The position numbers and the translations under genes were made by a program. From an uncultured bacterium (lineage in GTDB: Bacteria; Patescibacteriota; Minisyncoccia; Phycocordibacterales; CAIJYI01), in contig CAIJYI010000022.1 in NCBI GenBank assembly GCA_903824855.1, forward strand, positions 1 to 58,123: DNA of 58,123 nt, written 5' to 3'. Under the pieces are notes generated by a model. The model worked only from the letters and a program-made list of their open reading frames with translations. It ran no database searches and was not told the origin of the DNA. Shown in pieces: positions 18,059 to 24,340 of this stretch. The stretch's first letter is position 1; each line of letters opens with the position of its first letter.

Positions 18059-18172
18059 TTATTTCTTTAGGTGATGATAAACATTTATCCCCAAGACATT
18101 TAATGCTGCGCATATAAACATAATCGGATAAAACGCTATGATTTTTACTATTTTTTTCGCACAATATTTCAT
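18059..18172 (-). CDS. 37-aa hydrophobic micro-protein (not in ORF track)
   Basis: SD aaaggagag 5 nt before ATG 18172; MKYCAKKIVKIIAFYPIMFICAALNVLGINVYHHLKK; G-U-rich hairpin and T-tract downstream. Confidence 0.45.
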   Translation of the reverse strand: MKYCAKKIVKIIAFYPIMFICAALNVLGINVYHHLKK

Positions 18173-18288
18173 GTATGCTCTCCTTTGTAAAATATGGCTA
18201 TAAAAGCCGGAACCTTAGCTGAAGAAATTGTGCCATATAATATAAAATTTTGCAAGCTCTCGGTAAATCTTGAAAAGATTTAAGAAAT

Positions 18289-18320
18289 AAAAAAAGCGTC
18301 TGATATTCAAACGCTTTTTT
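18289..18320. terminator. Bidirectional intrinsic terminator
   Basis: aaaaagcgt...acgcttttt stem with flanking A and T runs. Confidence 0.7.
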
Positions 18321-18338
18321 ATACATAACAATTAAAAT

Positions 18339-18965
18339 TTATGATTCATCCTCATCCTTATCGAAACATAAACTGACTTTTCCAAAAAGGTCTTCAGCTC
18401 TATTGTAAAGGGAAATTAATTTATGTTTAGCTTCCGAATCAGAAAAATTTTCATTTTCGATGTCAGCAAAATCCTTTTTTATTCCGGCTAATTCCATTTC
18501 AAAGGCATTTTTAACATCCGGGTCGGTAATGTCGGAAATCATTGACTCTGAACTGGGCACCCACTGTTTTGTAATAAGTTTTATATAAATTTTCGGATCT
18601 ATTTTTTCCACATCCGCTTCTTCATGATTTGCCGATTTCTGCACTGGATTTGATAGATCTTTCAAATACAAACTAACTTTTCCAACAAGCCGTTCAGCTC
18701 TATTGTAAAGGGAGATTAATTTATGATTAGCTTCCGAATCAGAAAAATTTTGGTTTTCGATGTCAGCAAAATCCTTTTTTATTCCGGCTAATTCCATTTC
18801 AAAGGCATTTTTAACATCCGGATCAGATATGTCGCAAATCATTGATTCTGAACTAGGAATCCATTGTTTTGTGACAAGGTTTATATAAATTTTCGGATCT
18901 ATTTTTTCCACATCAGGCTCTCTATGTCCAGCCGATTCCGGCATTGGATATATATTTTCTTCCAT
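18339..18965 (-). CDS. Acidic protein made of two ~100-aa tandem repeats, unknown function
   Basis: DVEKIDPKIYI.L.TKQW.PSSESMI.DI.DPDVKNAFEMELAGIKKDFADIEN.NFSDSEA.HKLISLYNRAE occurs twice. Confidence 0.7.
   Translation of the reverse strand: MEENIYPMPESAGHREPDVEKIDPKIYINLVTKQWIPSSESMICDISDPDVKNAFEMELAGIKKDFADIENQNFSDSEANHKLISLYNRAERLVGKVSLYLKDLSNPVQKSANHEEADVEKIDPKIYIKLITKQWVPSSESMISDITDPDVKNAFEMELAGIKKDFADIENENFSDSEAKHKLISLYNRAEDLFGKVSLCFDKDEDES
18361..18950. repeat. In-frame tandem duplication, period 300 bp, roughly 90 percent identical by eye
   Basis: ttcagctctattgtaaaggga at 18393 and 18693; long identical runs (e.g. tcgatgtcagcaaaatccttttttattccggctaattccatttcaaaggcatttttaacatccgg). 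Confidence 0.9.
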
Positions 18966-19091
18966 ATAAAAAAATTTTATAAATGATTTTTTATTAATAA
19001 AAATCTCCTTAAATAAAAGTATAGCACAGGCGATTAAATTTTCACAGTTGTCACTTGTTTTTTAAGAGGAAAAAGGTATAATACTGGTACT

Positions 19092-19562
19092 ATGAATGAT
19101 GAAAAAGAATATTTAAGTCAAGAGAAGTTCGACGAGCTTAAAAACGAGCTCGAATACTTGCGTTCAATCGGTCGAAAAAAAGTTCTGACCGACCTTGAAT
19201 ACGCTAAATCCTTAGGCGATCTTTCCGAAAACGCCGAATACCATGAAGCTCGCAGTAAACAAGCTGAGCTTGAAGATCGTGTTGCCGTTTTGGAAACCCT
19301 TCTCAAATCAGCAGTAATTGTTTCGCATCATGATGCCGATACCGTCTCGATGGGGTCTATAGTCACCGTTAAAAAAAGTGGCGAGAAAGAAGATTTAAAA
19401 CTTGAGATTGTAGGTACGGAAGAGGCTGATCTTTCAAAAGGGAAGCTCTCCAATAAATCTCCTCTCGGACAAGCCATAATGGGAAAAAAGAAGGGTGAAA
19501 TCGCTATTATGAAAAAACCGAACGGCGAAGAAACTTCCTTTACTATAACCAGTGTTCGATAA
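19092..19562 (+). CDS. greA: Transcription elongation factor GreA
   Basis: 156 aa; LSENAEYHEAR motif, coiled-coil N-terminus. Confidence 0.9.
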   Translation: MNDEKEYLSQEKFDELKNELEYLRSIGRKKVLTDLEYAKSLGDLSENAEYHEARSKQAELEDRVAVLETLLKSAVIVSHHDADTVSMGSIVTVKKSGEKEDLKLEIVGTEEADLSKGKLSNKSPLGQAIMGKKKGEIAIMKKPNGEETSFTITSVR

Positions 19563-19587
19563 GATTACTTCGTAATCAACTATTTCA

Positions 19588-21060
19588 ATGTCTTCATTTT
19601 TAGACGAGGTTCGCGATGAGAGAATAAAGAAAATCGATATTCTTAAAAAAGATGGCATCAAGTCATATCCCGTTTCAAACAATCGGGATGTTTCTGTTGC
19701 TTCCGTTCTTGAGAAGTTTGATGAACTTTCAGAATCGCAAAAAAAAGTTACACTTGCCGGACGCATCATGGCTCTCCGGGGTCAGGGTGGGCTTCTATTT
19801 TTTAATCTGGATGACGGTACCGGGAAGTTTCAGGGATTATTAAAGAAAGATGACATGGACGAAATCCTTTTTTCTTCTTTTATTGAGATTGTCGATATCG
19901 GAGATTTTGTCGAAGTTTCCGGAACTCTGTTCGTAACCAAACGCGGAGAAAAATCTCTTAAGGTTGAAGGTTGGCACATGCTCTCAAAATGTCTAAGACC
20001 GCTCCCTGATAAATGGAACGGGTTGCAAGATATTGAAGAACGATTCCGAAAACGTTATCTTGATATTCTCATGTCAGAAGAGGTGAAACAAAGATTTGTC
20101 TTGCGTTCAAAATTCGTTGCTCTCTTAAGGAGATATCTTGATTCTGAGGAATTTCTGGAAGTTGAAACACCGATTCTTCAAACTATTGCCGGTGGTGCTA
20201 CAGCCAAACCCTTCCAGACGCATCATCAGGCTCTTGATATGGCGTTATTTCTCCGCATAGCACCGGAACTCTATCTCAAAGAATTATTGGTCGCCGGGAT
20301 GCCTAAAGTCTATGAAATAGGACGTCTCTTTAGAAATGAAGGAATCGACGTGACCCATAATCCGGAATTTACCACCGTAGAATTTTACGAAGCGTACGCT
20401 GAAGCCTCAAAGCACATGGCATTTCTTGAAAAGATGATTCGTTCAATCATCCTTGAAGTCACCGGATCAACAACCGTACTTTTTGATGAAAATGAAATTG
20501 ATTTTGGAAAGAGCTTCGAGGTCGCTTCATTTTTTGACCTCATTGAAAAATACTCCGGAATTAAAGAACCCTTGAAACTTTCATACGAAGAACTTATTGA
20601 GGAAGCCAAAAAATTAAAAATTGAAATAAAGAAAGGTGAGGGAAGTGAAAAGATTTATGATGCCATTTATAAAAAATGTGTACGAGGAAAACTCATTCAG
20701 CCGACATTCATAAAAGACTACACTGTCGCATTTTCTCCATTGGCAAAGAAACAAGAATTACATCCTGAGTTTATCGAGCGATATCAATTAGTTATCGCAG
20801 GGTTCGAAGTAGTTAACGGATTTTCGGAATTAAACGACCCACTCGACCAGCGTGAAAGATTTATTGATCAGGAGTCCAAGAGAGGCGAAGGGGACGAGGA
20901 GGCACAGCCGAAAGATGAAGAATATATTGAAGCCATGGAATACGGTATGCCACCGGCAGGAGGAGTCGGAATGTCTATAGACCGAATGATTATGATTCTT
21001 ACAAATACAAAAAATATTAGAGAAGTCATATTATTCCCGACGCTAAGACCAAGACAATAA
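19588..21060 (+). CDS. lysS: Lysine--tRNA ligase, class II
   Basis: 490 aa; OB-fold N-terminus, class II motifs (FRNEG, GGVGMSIDR). Confidence 0.92.
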   Translation: MSSFLDEVRDERIKKIDILKKDGIKSYPVSNNRDVSVASVLEKFDELSESQKKVTLAGRIMALRGQGGLLFFNLDDGTGKFQGLLKKDDMDEILFSSFIEIVDIGDFVEVSGTLFVTKRGEKSLKVEGWHMLSKCLRPLPDKWNGLQDIEERFRKRYLDILMSEEVKQRFVLRSKFVALLRRYLDSEEFLEVETPILQTIAGGATAKPFQTHHQALDMALFLRIAPELYLKELLVAGMPKVYEIGRLFRNEGIDVTHNPEFTTVEFYEAYAEASKHMAFLEKMIRSIILEVTGSTTVLFDENEIDFGKSFEVASFFDLIEKYSGIKEPLKLSYEELIEEAKKLKIEIKKGEGSEKIYDAIYKKCVRGKLIQPTFIKDYTVAFSPLAKKQELHPEFIERYQLVIAGFEVVNGFSELNDPLDQRERFIDQESKRGEGDEEAQPKDEEYIEAMEYGMPPAGGVGMSIDRMIMILTNTKNIREVILFPTLRPRQ

Positions 21061-21067
21061 AAAGAAA

Positions 21068-21097
21068 ACACCCCGAAAAAATACGGGGTGTTTTTTT
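21068..21097 (+). terminator. Intrinsic terminator of lysS
   Basis: acaccccg...cggggtgt stem followed by a T-run. Confidence 0.85.
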
Positions 21098-21152
21098 ATC
21101 CTAGAAATATAAAATTCTTATAGATATTATAGAAGTTAGGATTCGTAAACTA

Positions 21153-21181
21153 TTGACAAATCATGATTTTTAGTATATGAT
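21153..21181 (+). promoter_or_regulatory. Promoter TTGACA-17-TATGAT
   Basis: TTGACA at 21153-21158, TATGAT at 21176-21181. The track's ATG 21177 lies inside the -10 box. Confidence 0.6.
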
Positions 21182-21209
21182 GTGTTTATACTTATTAGGG
21201 GATATTGAA

Positions 21210-21359
21210 ATGAAAAGAGAAAAGATTCACCACGAAGAAGGCCGTATAAAACCGAGAATTCCGGAAGATGGAAGAAAAAGAATAGTTGGCGGTGGTGTTC
21301 ACAAAGATAAAAAAGTATACGACAGAAAACGTGATAAAAAAAGAGATGAAGAGGTCTAG
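21210..21359 (+). CDS. 49-aa highly basic K/R/D/E-rich protein, unknown function
   Basis: SD agggga before ATG 21210; MKREKIHHEEGRIKPRIPEDGRKRIVGGGVHKDKKVYDRKRDKKRDEEV; own promoter and terminator. Confidence 0.55.
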   Translation: MKREKIHHEEGRIKPRIPEDGRKRIVGGGVHKDKKVYDRKRDKKRDEEV

Positions 21360-21376
21360 GATTGACCTCTTTTTTT
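21351..21376 (+). terminator. Intrinsic terminator overlapping the stop codon
   Basis: gaggtc-taggatt-gacctc followed by ttttttt. Confidence 0.75.
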
Positions 21377-21408
21377 ATTTTTACGCCAAGTGTGTTACTA
21401 TATGAATT

Positions 21409-21990
21409 ATGTTTGATATTGTAACTATAGTAAAAACTGCCGGATATTTTGGTATTGCAGCAATCATCTTTTCGGAGTCCGGACTTCTTGTCGGTTTTTT
21501 TCTTCCCGGAGACAGTCTGCTTTTTACCGCGGGGGTTATGGCAGCTGCCGGTATACTCAATATTTGGGTGCTCATACCTTTGGTATTTCTTTCTGCTGTG
21601 ATAGGTGATAACGTCGGCTTTTATATTGGTGAAAAAGCGGGGGAGAAACTTTTTGACAGAGAGGAATCTATTCTCTTCAAAAAATCAAATGTTTTAAAAG
21701 CAAAAGCTTTTTTTGAAAAACACGGAAATCGTTCGGTAATCCTCGCTCGTTTTATTCCCGTAGTAAGGACTTTTGTACCGATGTTCGCAGGTATCGGACA
21801 AATGAATCATTCTAAATTCTTTTTCTCAAACATCATAGGAGCTTCGCTTTGGGCAGCAGGACTCTCCTTTTTGGGTTACCTACTTGGATCAACGATAACG
21901 GATATAGACCGATACCTGCTTCCGATTATTGCGGTAATAATTGTTATTTCAGTTTTGCCCGTTATTAAGATGTGGTTTTCAAAAAAATAA
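21409..21990 (+). CDS. DedA-family (VTT/SNARE-associated) membrane protein
   Basis: 193 aa; SGLLVGFFLPGDSLLF and ILARFIPVVRTF motifs. Confidence 0.85.
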   Translation: MFDIVTIVKTAGYFGIAAIIFSESGLLVGFFLPGDSLLFTAGVMAAAGILNIWVLIPLVFLSAVIGDNVGFYIGEKAGEKLFDREESILFKKSNVLKAKAFFEKHGNRSVILARFIPVVRTFVPMFAGIGQMNHSKFFFSNIIGASLWAAGLSFLGYLLGSTITDIDRYLLPIIAVIIVISVLPVIKMWFSKK

Positions 21991-22020
21991 TACATCTTCT
22001 CATATATCGTATCGGCATTA

Positions 22021-22051
22021 AAAAACATCCGTCTTCGTGGCGGATGTTTTT
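22021..22051. terminator. Bidirectional terminator after dedA
   Basis: aaaaacatccg...cggatgttttt. Confidence 0.8.
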
Positions 22052-22099
22052 ATCTATGACGGCGACGCAAAAGGAATCGGTCACGGATAAATTTCGGGA

Positions 22100-22204
22100 C
22101 CTCCCAAAATTTTCCGCTACCCCGTCTTGCTTGCCCTTGCGAGGGCATGGCTCCGACCTTCGATTCCTCACGCAAGTGAAGCAGTTCACTTGCTTAGCTC
22201 CCGC
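22100..22204 (-). other. tRNA-linked hairpin element, copy A (candidate structured RNA)
   Basis: Minus strand: GCGGGAGCT (22204-22196), AA, GCAAGTGAA-CTGC-TTCACTTGC (22193-22172), GTGAGGA (22171-22165), then a GC-rich tail with a gccct-cgca-agggc hairpin. Confidence 0.5.
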
Positions 22205-22236
22205 AATATTGTTTTCCTGCAAGCTCGATTGTCAGG

Positions 22237-22264
22237 CAAAAAAATAACCCTGCCGATTACAGGG
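22237..22264 (-). terminator. Intrinsic terminator of tRNA-Trp
   Basis: Minus strand ccctg-taatcgg-caggg followed by ttattttttt. Confidence 0.55.
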
Positions 22265-22274
22265 AGTATTTCTG

Positions 22275-22345
22275 CGGGAGCTAGAGGAATCGAACCCCTG
22301 ATAGTGGTTTTGGAGACCACTGTTATACCATTTAACTAAGCTCCC
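22275..22345 (-). tRNA. tRNA-Trp (anticodon CCA), no encoded CCA end
   Basis: gggagct/agctccc acceptor, D-arm gtta/taac, anticodon loop ctCCAaa, T-loop ttcgatt; 71 nt. Confidence 0.9.
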
Positions 22346-22413
22346 AATGAAAAAAGTTTACCATAAAAAAGATTTGAACGCCATATCGATACCCGGATTT
22401 CATTTTCAGTAGT

Positions 22414-22442
22414 AATAAAAAATCCACCATTTTTTTGGTGGG
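22414..22442 (-). terminator. Intrinsic terminator of rpmG
   Basis: ccacca-(A6)-tggtgg followed by a T-run on the minus strand. Confidence 0.65.
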
Positions 22443-22455
22443 TTTTTTGAAGAGA

Positions 22456-22614
22456 TTATTTTTTTGCTTCTTTGTGAGCGGTATGCTTTCGGCAAACAGA
22501 ACAATGCTTGTTTGGGGTAAGCTTTTTCTCGGCACTCTTTTTATTTCGGGTCGTCATGTAATTGACGTTCTTGCATTTTCCGCAAGCGAGTTTTACCAGG
22601 TGATTTTGTGACAT
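22456..22614 (-). CDS. rpmG: 50S ribosomal protein L33 (below the ORF-track size cut-off)
   Basis: MSQNHLVKLACGKCKNVNYMTTRNKKSAEKKLTPNKHCSVCRKHTAHKEAKK; CxxC...CxxC and YxTxKNK pattern of L33. Confidence 0.85.
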   Translation of the reverse strand: MSQNHLVKLACGKCKNVNYMTTRNKKSAEKKLTPNKHCSVCRKHTAHKEAKK

Positions 22615-22721
22615 AATGATTTTTCTTGTTTTCTTAACGTAATGTGGAGTGTACTATAAATCAACAAATAAATCAAGGGGAAATGTGGTTTCCGAAATAT
22701 CCCCATAAATAAAGCAATTTT

Positions 22722-22752
22722 ATAAAAAAAGACCCACCAAATCGGGGGTCTC
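22722..22752 (-). terminator. Intrinsic terminator of the 43-aa ORF
   Basis: Minus strand agaccc-(10 nt)-gggtct followed by ttttttt. Confidence 0.75.
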
Positions 22753-22794
22753 GGTTTCGGTAATAATAAGACAGAATTGGTTTCTCGTTTAAGG

Positions 22795-22926
22795 CTATAG
22801 ATAAGGGAATCGTTCGGTTACTATTTCATTAATACGTATTTTTGCCAATACTCGGTCTTGTTTATTGCCGACAATCTTTTTTGATGCAGGTTTTTTTGGT
22901 TCTCTTCTTAACACTTGTTTTGCCAT
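22795..22926 (-). CDS. 43-aa basic protein, unknown function (not in ORF track)
   Basis: SD aggtgg 6 nt before ATG 22926; MAKQVLRREPKKPASKKIVGNKQDRVLAKIRINEIVTERFPYL; own promoter and terminator. Confidence 0.55.
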   Translation of the reverse strand: MAKQVLRREPKKPASKKIVGNKQDRVLAKIRINEIVTERFPYL

Positions 22927-22991
22927 TCTTAACCACCTGTTTTTTGTTGTACAAATCGAGGAGAAATTCCTCAATCGATATCATTACACAT

Positions 22992-23019
22992 ATTTTAGAA
23001 TAAAGCAAGCCTTTTGCAA
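22992..23019 (-). promoter_or_regulatory. Promoter TTGCAA-16-TAAAAT for the 43-aa ORF
   Basis: -35 at 23019-23014, -10 at 22997-22992 (minus); leader contains a gagga/tcctc hairpin. Confidence 0.6.
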
Positions 23020-23026
23020 GATATTT

Positions 23027-23629
23027 CTATTTCAGCAATTTTGACTTCATTTTTCGCGAATAGATAATAATCGCAACAACAATAGTATGAAGAATGACGC
23101 CAAGTATCGGATAGATAAAAGACTCAATTTGACCATTCCACCGTAAGGATACGGTTACTAAGAGCATAACAAACGAGAGTGTGAAAATGATCCAAGCCGT
23201 GAGATTTTCATTGGACGGGGTTTTCCACGCATTTTGATAGGTCGGCACAAAAGCTATGATTGTTGCAAACTGAACAATAACATTAGCGCAAAGAGATGAT
23301 TTGAATATGTACCATGCAACGAGCGATGTCAAAACTATTCCCAATGTACACCTTTCATATGAAGTAATCGGTTTGCAGTTTTTCTTTGCAATCGCAATGA
23401 TTAAAGTCACGATGCAAAAAAATGAAGATACGACAGATAAACTAATCTTCATAATATCGCCGGTTACGGCAAAGTAACTTGCGAGATTGATAGTACTTGT
23501 CATTGTCCAGAGTGACCATGAAATTACGTTTGGTTTGCATCTCCCGAGAAATATTTCTTTGTCATACAGGACGTAGCCAAGAAACATAAATACTCCCGCA
23601 AGAATCGAAAATATTTTTGAAATATCCAT
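23027..23629 (-). CDS. Polytopic membrane protein (about 6-7 TM), unknown function
   Basis: 200 aa, hydrophobic throughout; SD ggagg before ATG. Confidence 0.6.
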   Translation of the reverse strand: MDISKIFSILAGVFMFLGYVLYDKEIFLGRCKPNVISWSLWTMTSTINLASYFAVTGDIMKISLSVVSSFFCIVTLIIAIAKKNCKPITSYERCTLGIVLTSLVAWYIFKSSLCANVIVQFATIIAFVPTYQNAWKTPSNENLTAWIIFTLSFVMLLVTVSLRWNGQIESFIYPILGVILHTIVVAIIIYSRKMKSKLLK

Positions 23630-23749
23630 AACACAGACCTCCTTCTTCCGGTGTTAAATAACTTTTTTGCGTAGGCAAATCTACCCCCGTTCTATCAAAC
23701 GAATTGTGTTTTGTCAATTATTGTAATTTCAGAAATGAAAGAAAAAACT

Positions 23750-24205
23750 TTAAATAAAAAGACTTTCGATAACTTCCTTCACGTCAGCGCCTTCAGCTTG
23801 GCCTTTTAATTCTTTCATTACTGCGCCCATGAAAACTCCCATTTTAGATTTATCTAAAACACCGAGTTCTGCTTTTTTAGCGAGAGCAATTTTCAATATC
23901 TCATCTTTGCTCATCATCTTAGGAAGAAAGGTCTCGATTATAGCCAGTTCGGCACGTTCCTTATCTGCGAGTTCCTTTCGGCCGCCGGCTTCAAATTGAG
24001 TAATGGAATCTTTTCGCTGATTCGCTGCACGCTTAATCACTTTTAGGGCATCTTCATCAGGAAGGGAATCTTGGGGAGTGCGTTTTGTTGCGACGAGTTC
24101 ATTAGTGAAAGCGGAAAGAAGCCCGCGCATTGTTTCAAGTCTGAGTGCCTCTCTGGCTAACATTGCTTTTTTAATTTCATCTCGAATTTGTTGTTGTATC
24201 GTCAT
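23750..24205 (-). CDS. GatB/YqeY domain protein
   Basis: 151 aa; typical YqeY sequence (IKKAMLAREALRLETMRGLLSAF...). Confidence 0.85.
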   Translation of the reverse strand: MTIQQQIRDEIKKAMLAREALRLETMRGLLSAFTNELVATKRTPQDSLPDEDALKVIKRAANQRKDSITQFEAGGRKELADKERAELAIIETFLPKMMSKDEILKIALAKKAELGVLDKSKMGVFMGAVMKELKGQAEGADVKEVIESLFI

Positions 24206-24302
24206 AAAATAATGTGTTTTTTATTATGTAAATATTATAACAGAGAGTAGAACATTTGAAAACGGCAGGAAAGTTTTACACTATTCAAGATTATAGCATA
24301 TA

Positions 24303-24336
24303 TGGTATAATCTATTAGTATTAGATAATATCTATT
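24303..24336 (+). promoter_or_regulatory. Extended -10 promoter (TGgTATAAT) and leader palindrome TAGATA-a-TATCTA
   Basis: TGg at 24303-24305, TATAAT at 24306-24311; palindrome at 24322-24334, 7 nt before ATG 24341; no SD. Confidence 0.55.
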
Positions 24337-24340
24337 TGCT

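Noticed and set aside
18361-18950. Could the 300-bp repeats be a CRISPR or satellite array
   Set aside because: There are only two copies, in frame inside one ORF, with no short repeat-spacer architecture. It is an intragenic tandem duplication.
21210-21359. Idea that the 49-aa basic protein is an ArfA-like ribosome rescue factor
   Set aside because: It shows only a vague resemblance of a G..KK.Y.RK patch, which is not enough evidence from sequence inspection. It is left as unknown.
22100-22165. Possible SRP (4.5S) RNA: hairpin gccct-cgca-agggc followed by AGCA
   Set aside because: The flanking internal loops and helices do not fit the conserved SRP domain IV pattern when paired by hand. 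A covariance-model scan would be needed, so it is not called.
21965-22339. Three overlapping track ORFs (85 aa minus, 91 aa plus, 70 aa plus)
   Set aside because: They run through two terminators, the hairpin element and tRNA-Trp. They have no SD and no conservation between the homologous element copies.
22332-22535. 67-aa minus-strand ORF from the track
   Set aside because: It is the wrong frame over the 3' half of rpmG and its terminator. The L33 frame (22456..22614) has clear family features.
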